DNA of 63,477 nucleotides, counting the filler, from Choristocarpus tenellus KU-1152 (Eukaryota; Protista; Phaeophyceae): the NCBI GenBank assembly GCA_964200185.2. It is 11 parts of 11 records of this genome, joined end to end, with 100 filler letters (N's around TTAATTAATTAA, not from the genome) between each part and the next. Parts side by side here need not be neighbours in the genome. Positions count along the whole stretch, not along the records: positions 22,885 to 29,562 come from CAXNAD020007585.1; positions 29,663 to 38,080 come from CAXNAD020004737.1; positions 38,181 to 42,698 come from CAXNAD020014195.1; 8 more parts are not named here. One strand, given 5' to 3'. Both the position numbers and the translations under genes were made by a program. Positions 26,500 to 38,746 of this stretch are shown here, in pieces. Positions within the stretch are counted from its first letter, which is position 1; each line of letters opens with the position of its first letter. Under the pieces are notes generated by a model, which was given only the letters and a program-made list of their open reading frames with translations, did not search any database and was not told the DNA's origin.

Positions 26500-28470
26500 G
26501 TCATGCGTACATGAAGCTCTCTGTTCCATCAACCGTACTCACACCACGTGTGTTGGTTTGTTGTCTCTGTACTCTGTCGGTTAATCGTGATCCTCCTTTT
26601 CAAGGTTGTCTTGCAGGCACATCAACGAATTTTCCTTCTGTCCACCTTGTTTCCACTTTCTGTCTGCAAGTTCCCAAAGAACAACGCCTTTGGGAGTCAC
26701 TCATTCCTCATGCGTGCAACTGATCCTGTGAAAAGGGGACTCCGTTTTCGCAGTGTCATTGCCTCTGTACTGCTACACCCAGTCTTCATTTTACCTATTT
26801 TTAGAACAGCGTGTGATCAGTGTGTCCCAATTTGCTAATCCAGTGTAGCATAGAGGGATTTGTGACTACAAGATGAAAGTTCACATAGACGAAGCTTTAC
26901 ATAGTGGAATTGGTGGAATGTCCATGCCACACAAACACAGAACAGGAAATCAAGTACTTCGACCTTCACCACTAGAATCTTAATCTCAAGTGATACAAAA
27001 TTGTTGTGTTGTTATATAGCACTTGTCTGTACTTGTGGAAAGAACCCGGGTTATTTTGCCTATCAACTTGTCTCCGTGGTGATATCAGCATCATCGCTGA
27101 TGGTAGCTCCGAGATCAATAAACTTTTCAGTCTACTTGTAACTCTGGGTTGAAACCCTGATCTGCATAACGTCCTCAGGCTTGATAGGAGGTTGAAAGCA
27201 CATCCATTCCATCTACGACTCAGACACGATCAGCCAGAGTGTCCTGGACACTTTCACGATCACTACCATCCATCCTGGCCAGACTTCATAGGGTCTTAGA
27301 CACAATGCCTACCTACATCACCAGCATAGAGCATATCCCAGAGCCACGCGGTTCAAGTGTTCCTCACTCTATGCTACTTCTCCTTCTCTGACCTTGTGAT
27401 ACAGGCGAATAGCGAGTATTTCTTCGCAATCTAACAAGTGTTCACGCATGGGGAACCTTATAAAGAGCAACTCCGATTTGCTAAAGATTGCAGAGTAAGA
27501 TTTGCAACTTGGGAATGTATGCAACGCTTTTCAGATTTATTCCGACTTCTGTTAACCAAAACAAAACGCAGATGATAAAAATAAAATAAAGAGTACTGCT
27601 TAATAAAGCCACTTCTTTCTATACTTGATGACGTTGAAAGAGAGAAGTAAGTACCCCTGTTCTGCTGACCTGACATTCATTGACCTCTATTGAACGCCTT
27701 GACTGTTCGAGTTTCCTCGGAGGCTTGTACAAGCATCAGCGCCATCTATAGGCTTGTGGATTGAAGCTATACATCCTATGGAGGTAATCTTCTGGAGAAT
27801 GTTGTAACACTTGTAATTTCTTCCTGCTCCATCATTGATTATATTAGTATCCTTAGAGATCAATAGGTCTGCATCGAACTCATTAACTGCTATGCACAAC
27901 ACTGCCGTAAAAAAGAGGTTAAACAGGATGGGGGTAAGAACACACCCTCGGTGAAGCTCTTGGCTCACCTGAAATCAAACCAGTCTGTACATTCCCCATC
28001 ATCCACAAACACCTCCCTGCATTCTAGCATAGGGTGTCAAACCACTGAAATTTTCTCAGGCACTCCGAACTTGGCAATTACAGCCAACAGGATATCACTA
28101 TCAACAGAAATCACATGCTTTATGTGGGTCAATAAAGCGCATGAACACAGGAGTGCATTTTCTTCCCTTCTGAGCTCCTGGAGGACAACAAGGTGGACAT
28201 CGTGGCTACTTTCTGTAGATTGCCAAGCCCTGAAACCACACTGTTCCACATAATAGTATATTCTCCCGTTCCTGGTAAGCTCCCCCAGTAATTGTGCAAC
28301 AACCACGTGAAGTACTTTTCCAGCTTGTGCCAACAATTAGATACCTCTGTAGTCACACAAATTCTCTCGTCCTTCTTATAGAGTACGTTGATGACTGTGT
28401 CCTTCAACAAACTTGTGTAACAAACATCTTCCTGATCCCAAACAGCCAGCCCAATTTTGTTGAAACCCAG
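26500..28470 (-). mobile_element. Decayed RTE-type LINE reverse transcriptase
   Basis: KDTVINVLYKK, AGKVL, EQCGFR, AKFGVPEK, LHRGCVLTPILFNLFF, LYAGD (YADD), FIDLGATISDDADI, LPKALFFGNL. Many frameshifts; interrupted by a solo LTR. Confidence 0.9.
27397..27809 (+). mobile_element. Solo LTR (413 bp, TSD CTTG) inside the LINE
   Basis: CTTG|TGATACAGGCG...TGTAACA|CTTG. Confidence 0.85.
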
Positions 28471-30432
28471 TGGGAAAAGTCTTCTTAGTGAGTCTAAGAT
28501 GTTGTATGTGTAACTTATGGATGCACATATGAATTATGAAAGTTGCCGTAGAGTAAGGAGAAATGTCAAATATAATAATAATAAACGCTTCCCAAAGGTG
28601 TGGAAACCACCCCGATTTATAATTGGTGCATTAAGCCCAACGTGTGAAGAAAAGTCTGCTGCTCACGTGACTGGAAATATCCACAGAAGTACAGCAAAAC
28701 CGTGTATGCCACGTATATTATGTAGCTGCGAAGGGTGACCGCTCGACTTTGACATGCTATCATGGTTTTGGATCTGTCTGATGAAATCTGTTGATGTTTT
28801 TACTTCATGCGCTGACTTTTCAATTTGATACAATTCGAAAATAAAAAAGTCCCTACCATATTTAATCGTAGTAATAAATTATTTTGATTCACGACACTAA
28901 AAAAACAGACAGCAAATTCCGTACGATGAAGTGATTCGGTACAACCACACCAGGGATCTTTGTATCCTCGTAACTTTAACCTCAACACCTTTGCGGTTGA
29001 AAGCTTTGGCTGTCTTGGCACACAGGCAGAGCTATCTGTAGATGGGTTAGTGCTGCATGTTGTAGCAGGTAGGGGGGGCGGAGGATTTCAGCAGGAAGGA
29101 AGCTATAAAATCACTGTTGAGCCAGATTATTTAAGTTACTGCTAAAGTGGTCATATCGAGAAGAATTTCGCGTTTAAACTAGAATCCAGGTCAACGGGCT
29201 AGGAGACGCTTCATAGATTCATGGGACTTTCCCCTAAATTCTTGGCCATTTTCATAGACTTCAGTTTTTGTAGTGTTGCTTTTTGTTCTTTTTCTGGTCC
29301 GTCGTTTCACATGTAAGTTGTATCTGGTGCAGTACTCCTTTTTGGTTGTATGCTATTTGTAGTATTGACATGAGTTTTCCTCTTTTCCTGTCTCCATTAC
29401 ACCATTATTATATTATGATGCCCTCTAATATTTTCCAGATGTGTTGGGGGAATAATCAACAAAAACTATTCATATGTTAGAATTACACTATTATACTTTG
29501 TTGGTTTGTCCGCTTCATATTACTGTTTTCCTGCGTAAGCCCAAAAGTATCTGTGGGGGGGGNNNNNNNNNNNNNNNNNNNNNNNNNNNNNNNNNNNNNN
29601 NNNNNNTTAATTAATTAANNNNNNNNNNNNNNNNNNNNNNNNNNNNNNNNNNNNNNNNNNNNTGGTGGCGCGGCGGGTTCGTTCGTGTGTTGTTTGGGGT
29701 GGTGGGTGGGGTGGCGGGAGCATCTCATACATGCACTCCGTTTCATCACATAGTTCTTCTGCGCAGGAAAATACTGTTTTATTAGACTGAAAGGTTGTGA
29801 GTACAACCGTGTGATTCTTCTGCTGGGGTTTAGACAGGGCAGACTACTGTGGGTATCATCATAAGCTATTGATACATACTACTAATAGTACATAATTTGT
29901 AGTTGTTTGTGAAGCGCCCAGGAAAGGCATTTGATCACCACCCCACTAATGTAAGAAGCATCTCCTATTTTGCTGAATATCTGCTGCCCATGAGAAAGGG
30001 GGTGTAGTGTGCTTGAATGAAGTAGAACCGCGGAAAGTGTACAAGAAGAAAGGACATACAACACACACATACATATACATATATACTCACAAATGGTTTG
30101 CTGCCCACTTTAGATCTTAAATTTTAAATCAATTCATCTACAAAATGCAAAAAAAAAATCCGCAATCAAGGCCTAAGTGAAGCCAATGTCAACCGTGTGT
30201 TCGAAAGCCCTTTCCTTGCAAAGTATTTCGGGTGACAATTTTCCCTTCTGTGCTTTGAGAAGAACAGTATTGAGCTTAGAGTTAAGGTAACTGCAAGGGG
30301 TGTCTGGGAGGGGGGGTGTTGTGTTAATTTTCATGTATGAATTACATTCAGAATGTGCTTTGTGTTCAACTCCATTTGTGACAATGAGGCCAGTCTGGGT
30401 CAGAAGTTATCTGACCACTACTACTACGTACT

Positions 30433-30613
30433 GACCCAAAGTATCTGGGGGGGTGGGGGGTGTCTACACGAGGGTGTCCATTTGGACCAAAATCGGGAAA
30501 AGTGCATTTGCATTATCCATCCGACGTATGGCAACCAAATCACCCAAAAATCACGATATGAAAAAATTGACCCCAAATGGACAGCCAAATCCCCCTCCCA
30601 GATACTTTGAGCC
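30433..30613 (+). mobile_element. MITE family 2
   Basis: TIRs GACCCAAAGTATCTGGG / CCCAGATACTTTGAGCC; homologous to 56881-57061. Partial termini also lie at contig or window ends (8441-8482, 8583-8607, 22766-22784, 29539-29562, 63435-63477). Confidence 0.85.
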
Positions 30614-33600
30614 TCGGCCCCCATCGCCTTCAGAGTCGTGTTCTGAAAGTGTGATTGTATGCCTCCCCCCTCGTATAGTCCTGCTTCCCGTACCTACTGC
30701 AGGGCTAGGCGATGGGCTATCTTGCTCCTCTTCATCATCTGGTGGGTTGGGTTTTCCACAAGGTATAGGCGTGGACACACCACCAGCCAACGTTGTCGTC
30801 ACCAATGTAAAATTGCGGAAGGTGGAGAGTTCGTCTATGAGGAGTTTGATACGATCCGGATCCAGGTTGTCCCCGAGGGCAGTGCATGTGATTACCATGC
30901 CTCCTGGTCGTGTCTGGAAGAAGGGTGACTTCTCTCTCGTGAGCGGCGCTTGTTTCGGACCTGAACTTCTCTAGGTCGTGCTCGGATTTGTCGTTCTTGT
31001 CTTGGGTGATAGTTATGGTTTTGACTCTAGTTATCTCTGCGATGGTGGAGGAGTGGGCAAAGGTCGTGGCGAAGTGGGGTTCAAAACAACGGGAGGAGGT
31101 GTTAGCGTTACGAGGAAAGGGATGAGATAGAGGTTCGTGAGAAAGAGTAAGCGGGGCAGGATAAAGAGGAGGATGCAGGGGCTGAGGAAAGGATGGATGG
31201 ACCAGAGTACTAGCAGTTCTTTAAAGGTGTGTCGATTATTCGAGCCCACAAAACAGGAAGACAAATACGGCGGGTAACATAGGGTGAAGAGGATGCGTAC
31301 AGGACTAGCATGTAACAGCGACATAATTTCTCTCCTTTTGCCGGGTTCTGTCGATCGATACAACACAGCGAAAGTACGAAACAATTTGTTCGACGAGCAA
31401 CTTCGTACCCTTTGAAAGGACCGGAGAACCCTGTGACAATGTTCGTTGTGAAACTTTCAAACGTCGGCAGGATCTGTGAGAGTCTAGGTTGTGTGTTTGG
31501 TGTAGGGAACCATGTTTGGATGCTAACCTATGGCGATGTTGTACAATGATGTAATTGCTTGCCTGTGTGTTCGTCACTGGTGTTCAGGGTAACGCCCTCA
31601 GAGTATTTGATGATGTCCAGGTATTTTATACCCTCCTCCACATCCTCCCTCAACACGAAGTCTCTTTTCACCAGTGGATTTTATGGGTTAGATTAATGTG
31701 TGCTATCAGGGTGTTTATTGTGAGGAGGCTTGATACGAACTGAAATACGATGGAGAGATGAGATGATGAACTAATAATAGTTGAGAACCTTGTCGCTGAG
31801 GATGTATTTTTTGGTAGGAAGACCCTCTGCTGAAGACTCTCCAGGTGAGTCATCGGCATAGGGGTCTATCCCGAGCTTGTCTTTCCTTTGTAGGTTGTTC
31901 ATAACTTGTATGGCGACCTCCAGGACAGCCCCCTTGATGAGGACATTTTTGGTGTGCATATGTCTCATGTATGCCAACTGAAGGGTTGAGACGCCCACTC
32001 GTCCTCCGCCTGAGCGGCAGATGCCGTGTCTGGATCGCCGACCCCTGGTCTTTTCATCTTCCCCTTTCCTCTTGTCTTCTTCTTTCCTTTGTCCTGGTTG
32101 GCCCGGGGCCATTTGTTCTGGATGCCCCTAAGAGTGTGGGAGAACTGTCATGGAGAAGCACATGGGTGGTGGAACGGTAAGTAACATGGATGGCATGGGT
32201 GTCTGCCTTGCGAGGTACGAACTCGGTGGTAAACATTGCGGCTGTTGCAGGGTCAGGAGGGGGGTATATGCATATACATCCATACATTACTTCAATCGTC
32301 ACGGTCAAAACCTACTTACCCATTCCTCTGGAAATGTCTTCGTCCCGACAACATACGTCGACGAGAGGGCGTCAGTATGCAATTTTTTGGAGCCTGTTCT
32401 GAGAAAGACGTGGGCAGCTACCTTGACAGTGTCGCGCCAGCGATGGCCTTGAGGAGTCTCCCCTCTAAGGATAGCTAAGCCGGCTCCAACGAGGATATCA
32501 GTGCACATTCTTGCGAAATACTGCTCCTTGACCTCATCGTGAGCTACATGTACATCAAATGTGCGATTGTGTGTGGTTAGGATACCGATAAAGAACGAGC
32601 TCTGAGGGTGTGGAGGAATTAGGGTTAGCAGTGTATCTATCAGGGAAGGAATACTAGGGAATGCATGTAGCGCAGCGTAACCTTATGGTCTTGGGGCTCT
32701 ATGGAAACTGATCGCTTTACCGTTCAACAGAACACATCAAACTCCTTCATTACTGTCTGCTGTATGTCAATTGTGGCGACGTCAAGTGGGGACAATATAG
32801 TTGGGGAATGTTTATCCCACCTTCAACCTGTAGGTGTGCGTGAACCCCCTGCTGTTCTTGAGGGATTCGATGGCGGCTTCGGGATTAGCATACCACGGCA
32901 CATTGAACATGTGAACCACTCTGAAGTCGAATTTGTCCTGGTCAGGTGCACGTTGGGTGTGTGGAGGATAAGGTAATATGATCAGGACAGAAGAACGTGG
33001 GAATGGGAGTGGGTTTGTTGGTTAATGGTGTATGTCATAAGGTCGATAGCATTACCATTGTATGAAACGTCAATTCAAGCTCATTATTGGAAGGCAGGGG
33101 TTACTACGGTGTTGTTGGACCGTTAGTGATGGGGTATTGGATGCACTAATGTGGATACAGGTGCATCGCGCTGACACTCGACCCGTCGCGCTTCTTGTGC
33201 TCTCTCCACACACCGAGAAGGATCTCCTCCAGTTCTTTTGTCTCTGGTGGAACATAGTGAGGGGCAGAGAGGGATGGGGTATGTTGGACCCCCGATGCGG
33301 AATTAATATGGATATATGCGACGAAAGGTACGCGATGCTTCACAATCGTTTCACGAATCGTTTCCTGTTGAAGGATCCGTGAGAACCTCATCTTCTCCCC
33401 CGCATATGTAGACGAGGGTCGCGATCGCGTTGAAGAATTGGACAGAGGTCTGGTCGGTGAGTCTATTCGCACCGGCTTCCATATGTGTGTCCTCCCAAGC
33501 TTCTTTGAGGAATGCCTTTATCTTTGCAGCTACCCTCCTTTTCACAGCCGTCTGTAACGCGGTGTCGGCACTCCGGAAGTCTATGTCACCTAGACAGTAC

Positions 33601-34802
33601 TGGTTGCACTTGGTGACCAGTGACGCCATGCGCACGCGACGATCAGGGTCCTCTTCCATTTCCCGGACATAGGGGTGGGACCTGTCGCAACTGAAGTCGC
33701 GCCTATACTCCATAGCGGCAACCCAACACACCATCCAATGGAATATGTCTAGGATGTTTGGCACGTGCATTCCAATCGGCTGGCTGCAACGCTCTCTCCT
33801 GTGGAGATTGATTCAGCCTTCGCCCGACTGCAATGTGGATACATCTTCCACATGAAGCTCCAGTGGCTAGCAATCTGGGGGTTTGCTCCTACTTCTGAGG
33901 CCCATCGCATTGTCACATGGGCCGGGAGGTTGATACCACAACGGACGTTATCCTCCTTGGCAGCACACTCGATCGCCCTCAACACCATAACACAGTGTTG
34001 TCCATTGAGACAAAAGAATAGATTGTCGTCGTCCTCTATGTCCCTATCGTCGCCATTATGGTCCACGTCCAAGCTGTTATTGGCGATGTAATATTCAAAC
34101 AGTTCCCTGTCTGGCACACTGGAGGGCACGTTTGCCCTGCGCATGTTGGCTTTGATGTCGCTTATGGTCTTCCATCTCGAGCACAAGGAGAAAGGCTGCC
34201 CACTCAGGATACCCGTGAGCCCATCAGTGGCGACCTGTGGGTCCGGCCCCAGCTTCGAGAACATAGACTCCACTCTAGCATTGTCAAGAAGGTTGGCGTT
34301 GTATCTCTGTGTCAAGAAGGCAGATGTGAAGTGGTCCATCGTACACGTCGCGCTGAGGTTTGACGTTATCAGGTCTGTGGTCTTTGGGTGTTCGAGAGTC
34401 CCCGGGCCTCTGGTCGACTGTCTTTGAAGGTAGAGGGGGAAATGTTAGGACAACCGTATCAGCAAAGAAGAATGATATCGACGTAGGGATGGATGCAATG
34501 GTTAGCCGAGCGCATCAAGGGTGTCTTTATATGAACAATGATGGACTATGTGATTAATGATGAAGGCATCTACACAGACTGCAGGGCTCGTGTCCATGCG
34601 TGAGCTATGCAAACGAGATATGAAAAGGGTGTAGCAATGCCGTGGAAATGAGGACGGCGTAACGCTTTCCTCGAAGGTCGCTATTTACTAAGAAATATGA
34701 AACTGTTAACCCAGTCGACATGGGATGAATATGAATATGAATACGCACCAATATCGGACACAGTCTGATAGGGTTTACGTGCCGACCAAGGAAACATATA
34801 GC

Positions 34803-35405
34803 GAGGGCAATCGTGCACGGGTTTGTGCTTGACATAGGGCAGGCAGTGATGAGTGAATTTTATGTGTTCTGTTGAACGGTAGATGCCATCAATATCCAAA
34901 GTGTGGCAAGACTGTTGGGGTGTGTGTCTGTCGATTTGAAATAGTAATCCTGAGCAGGAAAACATTACGTCCAACCGAGAAAGTGAAAGATGAAGATGAA
35001 AGGTACTTAGACGCAGACCCGGGTTGGATGTTGGGAGGGCAATCACGTGCAGGTTTGTGCTTGACATATGGCAGCCAGTGATGAGTGAATTTTATGTGTT
35101 CTGTTGAACGGTAAAGGCCATCAATTTCCAAAGTGCGGCGAGACGGTAGAGGGTGTGTGTGTCCATTTGAAATAGTAACAACCTGAGCGGATAAACATCA
35201 CGTCGAACCAAGAAAGTGATAGATGAAGATGAAAGGTACTTAGACGCTGACCCGGGTTGGATGCCGGGAGGGCAATTATGCGCAGGTTTGCGCTTGACAC
35301 AAGGCTGATAATAATTAATTAATTTGATTTGTTCTGTCGAACGGTAAAGGCCGTCAAATTCTAAAGCACGGCAATACGGTTTGGGGGTGTGTATGTACAT
35401 TTCCA
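34803..35405 (+). repeat. Tandem repeat, ~232-233-bp period, ~2.6 copies
   Basis: GAGGGCAAT anchors at 34803, 35035 and 35268; shared TGTTCTGT(T/C)GAACGGTA core. Confidence 0.9.
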
Positions 35406-35765
35406 ATTTGAACCTTATCGGAAATGTTCCAATAGTATCGGAGCCCTTACACGCGTGTATAAAAGGTGTTACCACGTCATCCTGGACGGACGGATGTTGT
35501 GGTGCGTGAAATTGCATCGTCGAATCTTGCTTCTATTTCGGATCAGTTGTCTGATTACTCCCAAGAAAAGTGACAGCAACACATGTTCTAGTTTCGGAAA
35601 AAGGTTCGACCGAATTCGCTGTAGTCATTTCGTATTAGAATCGTTGAATTTATTCCACGATGACATTTTTGATCCGAGGTGAAATCTGTAAATGGCGGAT
35701 TTGGATTAGTGTTGAAAATGTAGGTGATTTATTTTTGTCAGGGCTAGGGTTGGTATCATGGGTGC

Positions 35766-36012
35766 TGGTCGAAATATCTTAGTGGTAGGACCGCGTTCAT
35801 TTTGCGACCGAATTCAAATGTCGCTTTTTTGCTGTCATTCTTGCCCTCATTATTGTTTGGATATGAAAATTGTCCTTTTTCCGAACACTCCTTTCCAAAG
35901 CGTAGACATTGTAGATCTCCAAAACATTTTGGAGTAAGTACAAAGTCCTTGAAAACCCGTGGCGCCACCCAAGCCCCAAAGGACAGACAAGGAAAAACTC
36001 GTGCCCTCTCCA
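35766..36012 (+). mobile_element. Old diverged MITE family 1 copy
   Basis: GAAATATCTTAGTGGTAG...CTCCAAAACATTTTGGAGTAAG...CCAAGCCCCAAAGGACAGACAAGGAAAAACTCGTGCCCTCT; the right end is replaced by the 78-bp array. Confidence 0.7.
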
Positions 36013-36015
36013 ACA

Positions 36016-36931
36016 TAGAGCATTGAATCTGAAAATGCTGGTATCACAACCATTGACAGGTGGTGTGTACACTGTTGTAAAGGCAAATAAATGCAGGGCA
36101 TCGAATCTGAAAATTCTAGTATCGCAACCATTGACAGGTGGTGTGTACACGGTTGTAAAGGTTACGAAGACAGGGTACTGATTTTGAAAATGCTGGTGCT
36201 ACCAGGGTTGACAAGTGGTGTTTACACGACTGGAAACGCAAATTATTACAAGGCATCGAATCTAAAAATGCAGGTATTACCAGCATTGACAGGTGGTGTG
36301 TACACGGCTGGAAACGCAAATAATTACAGGGTATCGAATCTAAGAATGCAGGTGTTATCAGGATTGGCAGGTGGAGTGTACACGGTTGGAAACGCAAATT
36401 ATTACAGGGCATCGACTCTAAGAATACAGGTGTCACCAGGATTGGCAGGTGGTGTGTACACGGTTGGAAACGCAAATTATTACAGGGCATCGAATATGAA
36501 AATGCAGGTGTTACCAGGATTGACAGGTGGTGTGTACACAGCTGGAAACGCAAATAGTTACAGGGCATCGAATCTGAAAATGCTGGTATCACCATCATTG
36601 ACAGGTGGTGTGTACACAGTTGGAAACGCAAAACTAATTACAGGGCATCGGATATAAAAATGTAGGTATTACCAGGATTGGCAGGTCGTGTGTACACGGC
36701 CGGAAATACAAATATATACAGGGCATCGAATCTGAAAATGCAGGTATTACAACCATTGACAGGTGGTGTGTATACGGTTGGAAACGCAAATAAAGACAGG
36801 GCATCGAATCTAAAAATGCAGGTGTTACCAGAATTGACAGGTGGTGTGTACACGGCTGGAAACGCAAATAAAGACAGGGCATCGAATCTAAGAATTCAGG
36901 TATTACCACCATTGATAGGTGGTGTGTACAC
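36016..36931. repeat. 78-bp minisatellite, ~12 copies
   Basis: GGTGTGTACAC recurs every 78 nt (one 79-nt unit near 36633). Consensus approx. ACAGGGCATCGAATCTAAAAATGCAGGTATTACCAGGATTGACAGGTGGTGTGTACACGGTTGGAAACGCAAATAATT. Confidence 0.95.
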
Positions 36932-37809
36932 TATCATCTCAGCCACATGCTAATACATGCTACATGAACGGACGATAGCCGCAACACCCACCAAAGGCGC
37001 TAAATCATGACGGCGTGTTTGCGATGTTGATCATCCAGAGACACTCTAGTGTAGGCTGCGCGAAGGGCGAACGTTTCTTGTATAGGGACTCACCTTCTGG
37101 TTCCCTTTGGAGGCATTGTGGCGTTCGGTGGTTGGACTAAGTCTTTCAATTGATCGCGAGATTTCTACATTGGGTAGGCATGTTGGAAAATGGGACAGGA
37201 GAAAGAAACAGAGAGAGAGAGAAATCGTTTTGTGCATCGAGTCAGGCCCAGAGAGGATGGCATGTCGCGGTCGGTTCACATCATGTTCCAGCCGTACGCA
37301 CCCGATCACCTTGCACGAAGAGCAAGTTCTTTAGTCTTTTTACCTTCCGACACGCCTGATGTTTAGCGTCATGTACAGCGCACAGGGATAGCCACAGACG
37401 AGCCCGATTCTCATGTAAGGGATACGCACCTATTCTCCCTTGACCAAGAAAGTATGATCCTTTCAACCTTTTTTTTTTTTCGGTTGTATAACAATTTCGC
37501 AATAATCAATAAAAGAACAACTGCCTTAATGGAATGTTGTACCCCTATTAAACAATTGTATATTGTTTGGATTATCAACAGGCTAGTTGAGGTGTTCCTT
37601 TTCCTCGGGAAGAAAAAAGGATTTTTTTTAAAGGGAATTTTTTCTCTCTTCATGTATGTTTTGAAACTTCCCTGTATATCTATGATGGCGTTGAAATAGA
37701 ACAAATGCAGACATAAAAGTACAGTACCTACCCCGATTTTGTGCACCTATGGGTATGCCCGAAAAAAGCGGCACAGAATCTATATGGTATAATATCGGTT
37801 TTGTAGTAA

Positions 37810-38041
37810 TTAGGGTTAGGGTTAGCTGGGAATCAATCGTCGAAGCAACTGATTAATCGTGGTAAGCTGGGAAATCAATCGTCGAAGCGACTGGTTAATC
37901 GTGGTGAGCTGGGAAATCAATCGTCGAAGCGTCTAATTATTTGTGGTGAGCTGGAAAATCAATCATCGAAGCAACTGATTAATCGTGACGAGCTGGAAAA
38001 TCAATCGTCGAAGCGACTACTTAATCGTGGTGAGCTGGGAA
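37810..38041. repeat. (TTAGGG)~3 followed by 42-bp tandem repeat x5
   Basis: Unit GCTGGGAAATCAATCGTCGAAGCAACTGATTAATCGTGGTGA at ~42-nt spacing, directly after TTAGGGTTAGGGTTAG. Confidence 0.9.
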
Positions 38042-38746
38042 AGCAATCATAAGCTTCATGGATAGGATGGAAACGATTACNNNNNNNNNNNNNNNNNNNN
38101 NNNNNNNNNNNNNNNNNNNNNNNNTTAATTAATTAANNNNNNNNNNNNNNNNNNNNNNNNNNNNNNNNNNNNNNNNNNNNACGTAGAAAAGGTGGATCTA
38201 AGTAGTATTTCGAGTAGTGGATGTTCATTACCTTGACCGGTTTGATATTATGGTTAAAAGAACATGTCAAGATTCATACAAAGTGCTATCTTTTTCGTTT
38301 GCTATGTCGATATATCAATATTCATTATGATACTCGTTGTCGATTTTTACGAAGGAAGATACAATAAATGTTATTTCAACGCCGAGCACACATACTCTGC
38401 GGCCCCGGGCCCGGTCTGAAATTGGTAGGAAAAGTGTGTACTTCGTATGTCTAAAGCGCTTCGCGATGATGATGATGATGATGATGATGATGGTGGTAGA
38501 TTCGCCTCCTTTGTCGCCTCTGCAAACGGCAGCGAGGCCCGAACCGAACAAAGCTCATGGCAGATTTAATCAGATCGTTGTATATGCTCTTTTGTAACGC
38601 ACGATGTAAGCTTGCTTGATCGTGTCTTCCGCGTTCTCAGTCAAGTTATTGGTCAGCCCGCCTTCGAGAGATGTTGCAGGGGTGTTCTTCAAGTGTTCCT
38701 TCTCAATAACTCCTCACTTGCCCACACAACCAACATTTTTAATTAG

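Larger units (their letters stand above)
30620..37116 (-). pseudogene. Multi-exon decayed gene of unknown family with ParB/DGQHR-like motif
   Basis: Exon 37116-37094 (MPPKGTR, AG|GTGAGT) joins in phase to the exon starting at 34421 (QSTRGPG...MDHFTSAF...LFFCLNGQHCVMVLRAI). Further GT-AG-bounded exons lie at about 32937-32821 (DKFDFRVV...YRLK) and 32601-32320 (SSFFIG...FPEEW), with coding-like segments down to ~30620. Frameshifts are present, for example near 33770. Confidence 0.6.

Noticed and set aside
36016-36931. CRISPR array
   Set aside because: Units are homologous along their whole length, with no unique spacers and no cas genes; eukaryotic context.
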